From NCBI GenBank assembly GCA_016187745.1, contig JACPJC010000007.1, positions 1 through 64,000 on the forward strand: 64,000 nt of DNA. Direction: 5' to 3'. Shown piece after piece: positions 8,990-18,605 of the stretch. The position numbers and the translations under genes are program-made. The stretch's first letter is position 1. Each line of letters begins with the position of its first letter. The notes under the pieces are model-generated. The model ran no database searches, was not told the DNA's origin, and was given only the letters and a program-made list of their open reading frames with translations. This stretch comes from Candidatus Iainarchaeum sp. (lineage in GTDB: Archaea > Iainarchaeota > Iainarchaeia > Iainarchaeales > JAXPJC01).

Positions 8990-10600
8990 ATGGGAAAATT
9001 TACTTATAAAGTCTTAATATTGCCCCTGATGCTTATTTCCATTCTGCTTGTCAGCGGCTGCATTACTGAGGGAGTCCTGAAGGCAAAGTTCTCAAATCTT
9101 CCAACATGGACCATGGGCCAGCGGGGGGTTTTTCCGCTTACTGTAGAGGGAGGCACTCCCCCATACGCGTGCGCAGTTACGCAGGGCGCCCTCCCTCCCG
9201 AATTTACATTGCAAAACTGCGAAATTGATGGAACTCCCCCCTTATTGGCGGGAGGCACAACTCAAAGCATTTCCCCGCAGTTCACTGTTACAATAACTGA
9301 TTCCGCAAATCCGCTGAATACGCTTGCGGTTGAAATGGCAATTATTGTAAAGCAGCCCTCGCTCACTCTCGTTACAAATCCAGTGGCGTGCACTGTTGGC
9401 GTGTACTGCAGCGCAAATCTTATAGCAAACGTTTCCGGGGGAACAGCGCCCTATCATTACCAGTCTGATACTTTCAGGAATGGAACTCCCCCCTGGGGAA
9501 CCGTTGTCGGAGTTGACGGCCTACTGATAGGGATTCCGACAAGGGAGGGAACATATACTTTTGGCGTGTGCGCGGTTGATTCTGTTGCACTCTCAACATG
9601 CGGGCCTGTAACCGCAAAAATCGAGCCTGCTGCCGAGGAAGGGATTGTCCTTGAGCTCGGAACTGCAACATGCACTGCAAAAAGGGAATGCAATGTAGAT
9701 CTTGTAATAAGCGCTTCCGGAGGCATTGAGCCATATGCCTTTGAGCTTGGGGAAGGGACTCTTCCATCAGGCACAATACTTGATGATGGAGTTTTAACCG
9801 GCATTCCAACACAAGAAGGAACATACCCCTTTGAAGTGTGCGCATTTGATGTGACATTGGCATCAGGATGCGGGCAGACAACAGTAACAATCGAGCCTCC
9901 CAAAGGGCCTGAGCTTGTCCTGGGAACAGCAACATGCACTGTTGATGAGCAATGCGATGTAGATCTGATAATGGATGTTTCCGGAGGCACTCCGCCCTAT
10001 GAATTCGAATTAGGGGGAGGCACAGCCCCGTGGGGCACATCCCTGGGCCTTGACGGCTTTTTAACAGGAATTCCAACAGATGAGGGAACATATGATTTTG
10101 AAGTCTGTGTATTTGATTCCGCTGAAGACTCCGTATGCGAACAGACAACAGTAACAATCGAGCCCCCGATAGAAGTGGAAACAATCTACAGCGGCTCTTT
10201 CAGCGTTTCAGGCAATTATGACAGGTATTTTTCAGGCTATACAACCTGCACCTTTGCAGATGATTTCACAGGGACAATAACGCTGAATCTTATTGAAGAA
10301 GCCGGAGGCGCAGTAAGCGGAACCGCGGATGTTCAGGGAACATTCACATCAAATGCAATTGCGGGCTCAACAGGCTCTTTTGAATGCCTCAGCTCCCAGG
10401 TTACATGGAGCGACAGCGCCTCAGTTTCAGGCACAACCTCCAACTTAGAATTCAGCACATCCTTTACTACCGCAGGCGGCAGCGTTTACACAGGCGACTT
10501 TATCGGGTCGGTTTATGCGGATTCAGTATCAGGGGATATGGAATTCACTTCCCCCTGCTGCACAGGCGCAGCTTCAAACTCTGTTACGCTCACTAAATAG
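8990..10600 (+). CDS. Surface lipoprotein with tandem putative Ig (He_PIG-like) repeats
   Basis: Lipobox LLVSGC; repeated GGTxPY..GxLPxG..LxGxPTxEGTYxFxVCxxD units. Confidence 0.8.
   Translation: MGKFTYKVLILPLMLISILLVSGCITEGVLKAKFSNLPTWTMGQRGVFPLTVEGGTPPYACAVTQGALPPEFTLQNCEIDGTPPLLAGGTTQSISPQFTVTITDSANPLNTLAVEMAIIVKQPSLTLVTNPVACTVGVYCSANLIANVSGGTAPYHYQSDTFRNGTPPWGTVVGVDGLLIGIPTREGTYTFGVCAVDSVALSTCGPVTAKIEPAAEEGIVLELGTATCTAKRECNVDLVISASGGIEPYAFELGEGTLPSGTILDDGVLTGIPTQEGTYPFEVCAFDVTLASGCGQTTVTIEPPKGPELVLGTATCTVDEQCDVDLIMDVSGGTPPYEFELGGGTAPWGTSLGLDGFLTGIPTDEGTYDFEVCVFDSAEDSVCEQTTVTIEPPIEVETIYSGSFSVSGNYDRYFSGYTTCTFADDFTGTITLNLIEEAGGAVSGTADVQGTFTSNAIAGSTGSFECLSSQVTWSDSASVSGTTSNLEFSTSFTTAGGSVYTGDFIGSVYADSVSGDMEFTSPCCTGAASNSVTLTK
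9640..10170 (+). repeat. Intragenic ~267-bp tandem duplication (Ig repeats)
   Basis: CAGACAACAGTAACAATCGAGCC identical at 9875 and 10142. Confidence 0.75.
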
Positions 10601-10618
10601 CAGATGTAATAAATTACA

Positions 10619-10692
10619 CGCCCTCACGAGGATTTGAACCCCGGTTTCGAGCTCCGCAAGCTCGCGTCTTGTCCAGGCTGGACCATGAGGGC
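10619..10692 (-). tRNA. tRNA-Arg(GCG)
   Basis: GCCCTCA/TGAGGGC-G; anticodon arm CGAGC-TTGCGGA-GCTCG. Confidence 0.93.
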
Positions 10693-10742
10693 TTTGCATT
10701 AAATCTATTGCCTCAAACCAATTTAATTACTTTGCTTTTCAC

Positions 10743-10843
10743 TAAAGAACCTTGGCGCTGGACGCTCTGCCCTTCAGGGCAGAGATGAAAGCAATTATGC
10801 TTTCCATAATCAAACGCCTTGGCATTTATGCCAAGGTTCTTTA
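10743..10843. mobile_element. Multi-hairpin palindromic element (IS200/IS605-derived non-autonomous element or structured RNA)
   Basis: 14-bp terminal IR TAAAGAACCTTGGC/GCCAAGGTTCTTTA enclosing CTCTGCCC-ttca-GGGCAGAG and GAAAGCA-atta-TGCTTTC; alternative hairpin CCTTGGCAT-tt-ATGCCAAGG. Confidence 0.5.
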
Positions 10844-10895
10844 CGCAGCTGCGCAGAACAGCAAATTTTATATACTAAATGTTTGTATATATGTG

Positions 10896-11585
10896 ATGGC
10901 AAAATCAGGAATTCATGCAAAGATAAGGCCGGCAAACAAGCCGAAAATAAAGCGCTATGGCGCGGAGATTTTAAAGAATTTAAAGCGCAAGCCCAAAAAG
11001 CAGGGCATACTTTCGTACAAGCTCAGCCCAGCCCAAAGGCCCATTGCAATTGTTGCGGCAGTGGTAGTGCTGGTTTTTGGCGGCCTTTACATAGCGTTTG
11101 AGCTTATTCCCCCAACTCCATATGACACTACAAATGGCGGAGGAACTGACTGGGGAAGTGACGGAGGCGGCGGTGGCGGGGGAGTTATTGATAATACACA
11201 ACTTTCCGCAACAATTACTGATGCCTATTGCGTATATGCGGGGGTTGATGGTGTTGGTTTTCCATTATATACCTGGGGGACAACAGGAACCGGTTCTGGG
11301 CCAGTGGGCGCTTATATTAGTGTAGGGGACAGGGTGTATGGCACTGATTCGGACACAATAGAGCAGGCAATTGAATGCAATGGCTGGCCCCTTCCCGGGA
11401 ATTTTGAGTGCAAGCGCACTGAAAGCTCGCCCTCATCATTCAGCTGGTCATCCTATTACAGCGCGAATTTTAATTCCGGAACTACAAGGGAATTTATTGT
11501 TTATGGGAGAAGCCCGAGCGTCAACAGGCAGATTCTTGCAACAGCAACAGCAACTTGCCCTGATTATGGGAATTACCCTTCGTAG
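10896..11585 (+). CDS. Single-pass membrane protein: basic N-tail, Gly linker, Cys-containing extracellular beta domain
   Basis: Likely start MAKSG; TM IAIVAAVVVLVFGGLYIAF; GGGGGGG linker. Confidence 0.7.
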   Translation: MAKSGIHAKIRPANKPKIKRYGAEILKNLKRKPKKQGILSYKLSPAQRPIAIVAAVVVLVFGGLYIAFELIPPTPYDTTNGGGTDWGSDGGGGGGGVIDNTQLSATITDAYCVYAGVDGVGFPLYTWGTTGTGSGPVGAYISVGDRVYGTDSDTIEQAIECNGWPLPGNFECKRTESSPSSFSWSSYYSANFNSGTTREFIVYGRSPSVNRQILATATATCPDYGNYPS

Positions 11586-11600
11586 CAAAATTGACAATAC

Positions 11601-12245
11601 CTATCCTTCAAATTCTTTCCATTCCTTGTGGAAAGTGCTGATAAAATTCTTCAAGAGCCGCTTTCTTTTATCCGCAATCTTTATTGCAGCCTTTGTGTGA
11701 AAGCGCATTGGCAAAAGATGCTTTTCAATATGTCTTATTTCATCAGGCATCTGCTCTCCTTTTTGATAATATCTTTTTAGTCCTTGTTTGGGGTTGTAGA
11801 TTGGAATCTTATGTGCCCCGGCAAAGACAAACGACCTTGCAATGCCAATTGCCCCGATTATATCAAGCCTATCCGCATCCTGCAGGATGAATGTTTCTTT
11901 AAAGCTTGGTTTTTGTTTTTTTCCCTTTATCCAGGGTTTGTCCTCATGCAGTTTAACCGCCTCAATGACCTGTTTAACCTTAAATTCAGGAAATCCGATT
12001 TTTGGCAGTTCTTTCTTTGCAAATTCCAATGCAACATCTATATGCAATCTTTCTGGCTCATCCATTCTTCCAATATCATGAATCAAAGCCGCTGCTGATA
12101 ATATCTCTTTATCGCTTTTTTCTTTGCCGGCAATAAATAGTGCGATTGATCTTGTGCGCAGCGCATGGTATAGGTCATGCCCTGTGTTGTCTCCTGAAAG
12201 TTTTTCTTCAATCTTTTTGATAAGTTTCTTTTCCCACATTTTCAT
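11601..12245 (-). CDS. HD-domain phosphohydrolase
   Basis: GHDLYH, AALIHDIGR, LQDADRLDIIGAIGIAR. Confidence 0.92.
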   Translation of the reverse strand: MKMWEKKLIKKIEEKLSGDNTGHDLYHALRTRSIALFIAGKEKSDKEILSAAALIHDIGRMDEPERLHIDVALEFAKKELPKIGFPEFKVKQVIEAVKLHEDKPWIKGKKQKPSFKETFILQDADRLDIIGAIGIARSFVFAGAHKIPIYNPKQGLKRYYQKGEQMPDEIRHIEKHLLPMRFHTKAAIKIADKRKRLLKNFISTFHKEWKEFEG

Positions 12246-12291
12246 AAAATTACCCTGTTAAATTCTTTCTACACTGAATAATCATCCCGCG

Positions 12292-13035
12292 TTATCCCGC
12301 AAGAATCTCATTGAAGCGCTTTGTAACATCAATTGTTTTTCCGCGGTATTTCAGCAGTGTCTTCTCCAGATAGTGTATTACACTAAGTGATTCATTTTCC
12401 CTTATAGCCGTTCCACGCCCGAATTCTGTATATTTCATGCCAGTAAGCCTTTCGAGCACTGCTTCAACAAGCCACTGATGCGTTACATTGCGCAGAATGA
12501 TTTTATCTCCGGCTTCTTTTACAGGAACTCTGCCAAGCCCGCCCAATCCCCTTTCAACAAGCCTTTTTCCCAGGCCAAATCTTTTTCTAATAATTGCATC
12601 CGCCAGTTTCTTCGGATTTCCAATTATTTTTGGATCCAATTTTCCGTCAAGCCATTGCCGCAATACAACCCTATCATTTTCCCCATACTCACCGGTTAGC
12701 TTCTGAAGTTCAGGAATATCCTTTATATACCAAAGCTCATTCTTCACACCTGCTTTTTTAACTATAGCCCCTTTCTCAGGACCACGCTTTACTCGTCTCT
12801 TTGTCGGATAGGTTTTGCCGCCTTTTGCGCGGAACGCCCCAAGCGCAAATCTAGAGCTTGATTCAGTCCTTATGGCAGGGGTGTAATATTCCTTAACTTT
12901 CCACCCGAGAGGAATTTTACGCCCCAACTCTCTTGCCTCAATTATGCCTTTGCGGGTCAATCCCGTATTTGTCCGCCTTGTCTTTGGCGCTTGTGATGAA
13001 TGCCTTACGAGTTTTGTAATTATAGTGCGTGGCAT
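12292..13035 (-). CDS. Histidine phosphatase superfamily-like protein (divergent, basic)
   Basis: LVRHS..GLTRKGIIEARELG, RT, late VTHQ. Confidence 0.6.
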   Translation of the reverse strand: MPRTIITKLVRHSSQAPKTRRTNTGLTRKGIIEARELGRKIPLGWKVKEYYTPAIRTESSSRFALGAFRAKGGKTYPTKRRVKRGPEKGAIVKKAGVKNELWYIKDIPELQKLTGEYGENDRVVLRQWLDGKLDPKIIGNPKKLADAIIRKRFGLGKRLVERGLGGLGRVPVKEAGDKIILRNVTHQWLVEAVLERLTGMKYTEFGRGTAIRENESLSVIHYLEKTLLKYRGKTIDVTKRFNEILAG

Positions 13036-13039
13036 ACAA

Positions 13040-13969
13040 TCACTTTTTTACCAAAAGATAGGGTTCGGATTGCTTCATTACTACTCTTTTTCCCTCAAGG
13101 GAATCAATAAGGTTCCCTACTATAAAAGCAGGCATTCTTCTCTCGCGCAGTATAACTGCAAAATGCGCAAGCAGCGCGCCCTTTCTGAAAATAAAGCCCT
13201 TTGCGCTGCTTACTAAAGGAGTTAGCTCTATCTGGGGGGCTTCTGCCAGAATTATTTCCGCTTCCCCCGCCCTGCCGCAAGTCCCGCTTACCTCTTCGCC
13301 CTTCGAAATAATCGTAATGCTACCTATTTCAATATGGTATTTTCCCTTCTTCGCTTCCAGGAAAAAGAACTTATCCTCAATTACCATAAGCTCTGTTACG
13401 CACTCCCCATAGGCCTTGGAAAATTCTATTAGGGAAGCCAGATTATCATACAATGGCTTTGCATTGATTCCCCTAATTTCCTTTTGCGGCGCATCATCTT
13501 TCGAAAGAATAAAACTTAAGTCGCATTTTCCTTCACTGTACAATTCGTTTGGGGATTTTTTAATTACAACTTCAAAATAAACCTTCCTGTCATCAAGCGC
13601 GGTTCCCGCGGCCATGTAATATTCTTTTCCAATAAACTCAGTTTCTGTGGAGTCCAAAACAATACCAGCAGCATGTTCTTTTACCTCATTCCATGCATCC
13701 ATTATTCTCTTAGAATCAAATGAATGCAGCCACATGCCCTTGACTCCCCTTAAATACCTTTGCTCCTTATCATCAAATATCTGATGCAAACTCAAATGGC
13801 CTTTGAATTTCTCCCCGATTTTGCTGATATTTTCAGGATTAATTTCATCGGCTTTTATCCAATAGCCGTGCTTTATCGGCAGCCCGGCCTTCTTAGCATA
13901 ATAAACAGACGCAATCCTCTCATAAGGAGTAGGCTCGGATAATGCGCTAAGTTCTTCCATATTACTCAC
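13040..13969 (-). CDS. Protein with PEP-utilizing enzyme mobile (phospho-His swivel) domain
   Basis: GALLAHFAVILRERRMPAFIV. Confidence 0.7.
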   Translation of the reverse strand: MSNMEELSALSEPTPYERIASVYYAKKAGLPIKHGYWIKADEINPENISKIGEKFKGHLSLHQIFDDKEQRYLRGVKGMWLHSFDSKRIMDAWNEVKEHAAGIVLDSTETEFIGKEYYMAAGTALDDRKVYFEVVIKKSPNELYSEGKCDLSFILSKDDAPQKEIRGINAKPLYDNLASLIEFSKAYGECVTELMVIEDKFFFLEAKKGKYHIEIGSITIISKGEEVSGTCGRAGEAEIILAEAPQIELTPLVSSAKGFIFRKGALLAHFAVILRERRMPAFIVGNLIDSLEGKRVVMKQSEPYLLVKK

Positions 13970-14868
13970 ACCAGCCTTATTGCCTTTCCCTCATGCAGCA
14001 GCAGTGAGGTTTCGGCCTGCGCAACAAAGGAATTCTTCTCGTCGTGCAGTATCGGGAACGCGCGTATTGCCCCGCTTTGCATAAGCTCGCGCAGCGCGAC
14101 TTTCCTCTCAAATTCCCCGAATTTGAGTTTTTTATTTCCGGCAATCCAGCGCTCCGCAAAAGGAAGGGTTTCATATTCCCCTGCAATGAATTCAAGCAAC
14201 TTGCGCGCGTGCGCATTCCTAACAGGCCTTTCCTCCTCCAATGCAAATATTTCAGTTTGGACTGCCTCCCTTACAATTCCGGAGCCTGTTGTTGCAAAAG
14301 GCTCAATCGCAAATGCGCACCCATCTTCCAATTTTCTGGAATCATTGGTTGAAGTGTTTGGAATTGAGGGCTCCGCATGCTGGGTGTATTGCTCAAGCCC
14401 GTGCCCGGAGAGATTTGAAATCGGCCTGAATCCATAGCCATTTATGGTTTTTTCAATTTCACTTCCGATTGCGCGCAGTTCAATTCCCGGCTTTGCCATT
14501 GCAACTGCATTTTCCAGCGCCTTTTCAGCAGCTTCCACTAATTTCCCATATTTGCCAGTAAAATCAAGCGTGAATGCGCAATCCGCTATATACCCATCAA
14601 TATGCACCCCAATATCCACTTTCAGCACATCATTTTCGCTAATTGCCGTTAAATCCTCAATAGAAGGGGTATAATGCGCCGCATTGCTATTAAGGCTCAG
14701 ATTTACAGGGAATGCGGGCTTTCCCCCTGTCCCTGCAATCTCTGCCTCTATTTTGGAGGCAATATCTAGCAGTTTCTGCCCTAGTTTAATGTGTTTTTGG
14801 GCATTTTCCTTCACTTGGGAAAGGATTTTGCCGGCTTTTATGTATTTTTCTGCCTCTTTTTGCTCCAT
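13966..14868 (-). CDS. map: Methionine aminopeptidase type II
   Basis: PAFPVNLS, AAHYTP, KVDIGVHIDGYIADCAFT, NLSGHGL, AIEPF. Confidence 0.97.
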   Translation of the reverse strand: MEQKEAEKYIKAGKILSQVKENAQKHIKLGQKLLDIASKIEAEIAGTGGKPAFPVNLSLNSNAAHYTPSIEDLTAISENDVLKVDIGVHIDGYIADCAFTLDFTGKYGKLVEAAEKALENAVAMAKPGIELRAIGSEIEKTINGYGFRPISNLSGHGLEQYTQHAEPSIPNTSTNDSRKLEDGCAFAIEPFATTGSGIVREAVQTEIFALEEERPVRNAHARKLLEFIAGEYETLPFAERWIAGNKKLKFGEFERKVALRELMQSGAIRAFPILHDEKNSFVAQAETSLLLHEGKAIRLV

Positions 14869-14874
14869 ACAAAC

Positions 14875-15624
14875 TCACCCTAGCCTCCCTGCATGAAACA
14901 GCATTTCAATATGCGATTCATCTCCAGGAAAAATCTGGTCAAGCAATGCAATATGAATCATTGGTTTTGCCCCCTTTTTCTCATACCCAACAAGCCTTAT
15001 ATTGTCTTTTCCCACCAAGTCAAAAGAGAAGAGCTTGCCTTCTTGGGATATTAATCTCAGATCCCTGTGCAGGTCAGACTTCATGGCACGCAACTTGCCG
15101 ACATCCACTTCAGGATATTTCTCCCGGAATGAAATGCATTTTTTGTAAATATTTATGTTTTTTCTTCTTGTCAAATCCAAGGGCCTCTTCTCAGACATCA
15201 GTTTCAGGAACTTTAAATAAGTATCATACCCCGGCCCTGAAATTCTCCTCATTACCCCCACATTCTCATCAGCGTAATCATATGTGGGAATATGCAACCC
15301 ATAGGTTTCAGGCTTTATCGTGCCTTTGGCTACGGCCTCCCCCCATTTATTTAACAGAAAATCCAGGTTTGCCTTCTGCATATGCTGATCGGGGGCAACC
15401 TTCACTGTTCTTGGCTTGCCTGCAATCATCACATCGAAAACATCCCTGTTTTTGATTATTAGCCTGCTTCTTCCAATGAGGCCAAGATAATCCTTTGAGC
15501 GCATAGTTCCCCTTCTTATTGCCCTGCTCTGAAGAATCTTGACAAGCTCCGGCTGCATGAAAACTCTACTGACTTGCCCTATCTTGCGCGCAGCCAAGGC
15601 TGATTTTGAAATTCGCTTATGCAT
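14875..15624 (-). CDS. Hypothetical protein, possible protein-kinase-like fold
   Basis: VKV, VMRRISG, FDLVGKDNI, ALLD occur in kinase-like order. Confidence 0.45.
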   Translation of the reverse strand: MHKRISKSALAARKIGQVSRVFMQPELVKILQSRAIRRGTMRSKDYLGLIGRSRLIIKNRDVFDVMIAGKPRTVKVAPDQHMQKANLDFLLNKWGEAVAKGTIKPETYGLHIPTYDYADENVGVMRRISGPGYDTYLKFLKLMSEKRPLDLTRRKNINIYKKCISFREKYPEVDVGKLRAMKSDLHRDLRLISQEGKLFSFDLVGKDNIRLVGYEKKGAKPMIHIALLDQIFPGDESHIEMLFHAGRLG

Positions 15625-15628
15625 TTGC

Positions 15629-18085
15629 TCAGCCCCATCCGGAAAGCGTTTGTTGTTTGCCGCCCTGCAATAAATCCTCTTTAGTATAACCGAACTCTGA
15701 AATTATTTTAATAACAGCGGGAAGCAGTTGATTTGTTATGTAGTAATCCGCATCATAATCCCCCTGCTTTACAAACTCCTCAAGCTCCGCCTTCTCGGAA
15801 ATGCTCTTCCCCGCGCGCGTAATGATGTATCCGATTATGCTCCCCACATCCAGCTGCTTCCCCCTTTTTATTGCCTTCTGCGCTGCAGCCGTATGGGGGC
15901 CAATCGCCTCATATGATTTCAGGGGCTTTTTTATTTGAGTGAAAGTAACAAGCTCCTCTTTTGGCACGCTTCCAGAGCGCAGCCATGCAATCCTCTCCTT
16001 TACAATTTCAATCGCCTTTTGGGGGTTCCCTTCCTTCAATACTGCCTCAATAACTTCCTTCTGCGTCTTCTTTGCAATTACCGCCCAATCCCTTCGCACA
16101 TACTCAAATCCCACAATTTTCAGCCTTCCGCTCCCATCAATCAGCGCGTATCTCTTCTTTGCGGCCTCCTGCTCCCCTGCCCCGCGCTTTGTTACGAATA
16201 TTCCCCTTGTATAAAATCCCTCAATTTCCAGCTGCATGTTCCCCGGCAACTCGGAATTGACTTTTTCAACAAAATTTTCAACATCCTTTTTTGTTTTATT
16301 TTCCGGAATTTTTAAAAATTCTGAGTCCGTATCGTTATAAATAACCACAAAACCATCCCCCTCTGCCTTTTTCCCAACATCCTGCACATAGCTTCTGCAC
16401 CAGGAAGTAACTGCAGCAGCGCATTCCCTCGAGTAATAGCGCGAGCGCGCATATGCCAGATAACCATAAAATGAATTCAGGACGATTTTCAGCGCATACT
16501 GCTTTGCATGCAGCTGCATGTAGGAAGGGCTTCCCTTCTCGTGCTTTTTCATTTCCGCGCGCAGCTCCATCCTCTGTTTTAGCACCCTCTTCAGAATGCT
16601 GCCGAAAAATCCCTCCTCCTTTACACAGAACCAGTTGTTTGAAGGTGCGGAATTTTTCTCCCTGCAATCGGAATGCGCGCAATTCAATGTTTCAGGGGAA
16701 ATGTTGTGGGAAATTATAACAGTAGGATACAGGCTCCTGAAATCAAGCACTGCAAGATTCTCATGCAATCCGGCAATAGGCTCTTTTACGTAGCCCCCCA
16801 CAAAGCTCTGCATTATGCGCTGCTCCACAATCTCATCTGCAGGCCTGTTCGGAATCAGCCTGTTTGTGAGGAAGGATTCCCCAATCAGCAAAGATTCAAC
16901 AATGTTCCCCGAAGAGCTTCTTGAAACATCGTGAAGGGTCTGCCTTGCAAGGAAGCAGAGCTCAATGCACAATGGAAGATACTCGCATGCAATTCTCAAT
17001 GCCGCCTTGCTGTCCTCCCTGCAATAGTCAATAAGCTTCCCGAAATCCTTCCCCGAGCGCCACATCTCATTTATTTCAGTGTAATGGACCTTCTCCTTGT
17101 GCTCCCCGAATAGTTGCGCCACAACGCTCTCAATGTCATACTTGACAAGGTTCAAATCCGCAAACCTTGAAAGCAGGCGCACAAGCGCATACGCATCCAG
17201 GTGCTGCCTTCCGTGTATCCTTACAGCATTGTCCATCCCGTGGCGCTTTATGGAAGGTTCGGAACCATCCGCGCCCAGATTTAATTTAATCCCGTATTTC
17301 TGCGCCCTTTCCTTCAGATAGGGAAAATCAAAGCCGTCCCCGTTGTAGGTTACAATCACATCCAGATTTTTTTCATTCAGTTTATTCACAAGCGCGGCAA
17401 TCATTTCCTCTTCGGACGCGCAATGTATAACGTCCTTCTCATTGTGGCTGTGCTTTCCTGTTGTAAATACTATTGCCTCTTCGGAATCGGCATAAGAGGC
17501 CATTATTATGGGGTCCTGCTTCGCATCAGAGAAATGCCCGCCCTCGGTGTAGGTTTCCAAATCAAAGGACCCGATCCTGAATTTTGGCAGTTCCCCTGAA
17601 TCAGCGGATTTTATTTCTCCAACAAATTTCTTCCCATCCTTCTCATTGAAAGAAAACTCAACAGCCCCCATCGGCTTTAATTGCCTGTCAAGCAGATAGC
17701 GCCTTGCGAATGGAATGTCAAACTCCCTGCGCTCCTTTATGGAGGGGAAGGAAGCAAGCTCCTCCCGCGCGGCAGTCAAATCATTTGTATTTTTGAATTC
17801 AAGCTTAAGGGCATTTTCCGCATTCTCCTTTTCCACGTTCTCCGCATTGAGTATTTTTGCCTGCTGCTCCCCGAAGGATTCTGCAAGGAGTTTTTTCCTT
17901 GTTTCTTCTGCACTGCCATTTGCAATGGCATAGAAATAGGGTTTCAATCCCGCATCATAAAAGGTTTCAATCTTATTCCCGATGCGCACAAACAGCCTTA
18001 TCTCTGCCTCATTCTGCGCATTCAATGCGGAATCCGCATCAATCAGAAACCCTTCGTTTCCGATACCTTCCGCTCTTTCACTCAT
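15629..18085 (-). CDS. polB: Family B DNA polymerase
   Basis: Exo FDLETY, YNGDGFDFPYL, YCRED; pol DFRSLYP, KIVLNSFYGY, YNDTDS; C-terminal PIP-like QQTLSGW; start reassigned to MSERAEG. Confidence 0.97.
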   Translation of the reverse strand: MSERAEGIGNEGFLIDADSALNAQNEAEIRLFVRIGNKIETFYDAGLKPYFYAIANGSAEETRKKLLAESFGEQQAKILNAENVEKENAENALKLEFKNTNDLTAAREELASFPSIKERREFDIPFARRYLLDRQLKPMGAVEFSFNEKDGKKFVGEIKSADSGELPKFRIGSFDLETYTEGGHFSDAKQDPIIMASYADSEEAIVFTTGKHSHNEKDVIHCASEEEMIAALVNKLNEKNLDVIVTYNGDGFDFPYLKERAQKYGIKLNLGADGSEPSIKRHGMDNAVRIHGRQHLDAYALVRLLSRFADLNLVKYDIESVVAQLFGEHKEKVHYTEINEMWRSGKDFGKLIDYCREDSKAALRIACEYLPLCIELCFLARQTLHDVSRSSSGNIVESLLIGESFLTNRLIPNRPADEIVEQRIMQSFVGGYVKEPIAGLHENLAVLDFRSLYPTVIISHNISPETLNCAHSDCREKNSAPSNNWFCVKEEGFFGSILKRVLKQRMELRAEMKKHEKGSPSYMQLHAKQYALKIVLNSFYGYLAYARSRYYSRECAAAVTSWCRSYVQDVGKKAEGDGFVVIYNDTDSEFLKIPENKTKKDVENFVEKVNSELPGNMQLEIEGFYTRGIFVTKRGAGEQEAAKKRYALIDGSGRLKIVGFEYVRRDWAVIAKKTQKEVIEAVLKEGNPQKAIEIVKERIAWLRSGSVPKEELVTFTQIKKPLKSYEAIGPHTAAAQKAIKRGKQLDVGSIIGYIITRAGKSISEKAELEEFVKQGDYDADYYITNQLLPAVIKIISEFGYTKEDLLQGGKQQTLSGWG

Positions 18086-18125
18086 ACTATATATTTTTAA
18101 AGAACAAATCTTATAATCACCTAAT

Positions 18126-18551
18126 ATGGCAAGACCAGAGCACACAGCAAGGCCGGGCGCCTCAATAAACCCGTTTTTCTCTGACATAAAGGCGCTTGAG
18201 TCAAGCATCCTGATGATTTCCCAGAAGATTGAATATTTGGTTAGGAATGAAAAAATCCTCAGCCAGAATCTTATTGTATTGAACAAGCGCCTTGGGGACC
18301 TTGAATCAAGGGTTGCGGAAGGCGGAATTGCAACAGGCGGAGCAGGCATTTCTTCCGGGGATGTGGAAAATCTTCAGGACAAGATTGACGCAATCTCCGC
18401 TTCGCTGCTCAAGCTGCAGCAGCGCACCTCAAAGATGGAAGAAATAATAAATGACATAAAGGGGGATTATGCTAAGATTTCAGACCTCAAGGAACTGAAA
18501 TACGTGATTGAAACAATAAGCCCCTATGATATAAAGAAGAAGAGGCGCTGA
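18126..18551 (+). CDS. Coiled-coil hypothetical protein
   Basis: Heptad-rich 141-aa ORF divergent from polB. Confidence 0.75.
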   Translation: MARPEHTARPGASINPFFSDIKALESSILMISQKIEYLVRNEKILSQNLIVLNKRLGDLESRVAEGGIATGGAGISSGDVENLQDKIDAISASLLKLQQRTSKMEEIINDIKGDYAKISDLKELKYVIETISPYDIKKKRR

Positions 18552-18605
18552 CCAGCGCATTTGCAACTGATAAAGTTAATAAGTTAATTAACTATCTTTT
18601 TATCA

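Noticed and set aside
10752-10895. TTG-started extension of the membrane protein
   Set aside because: Runs through the palindromic element; ATG 10896 follows a TATA-like region
15629-18085. Intein in, or inactivation of, PolB (YNDTDS variant)
   Set aside because: Normal length with all catalytic acidic residues present; no intein motifs
18086-18349. N-terminal extension of polB
   Set aside because: Antisense to the better ORF 18126..18551; the AT-rich divergent promoter fits a start at 18085
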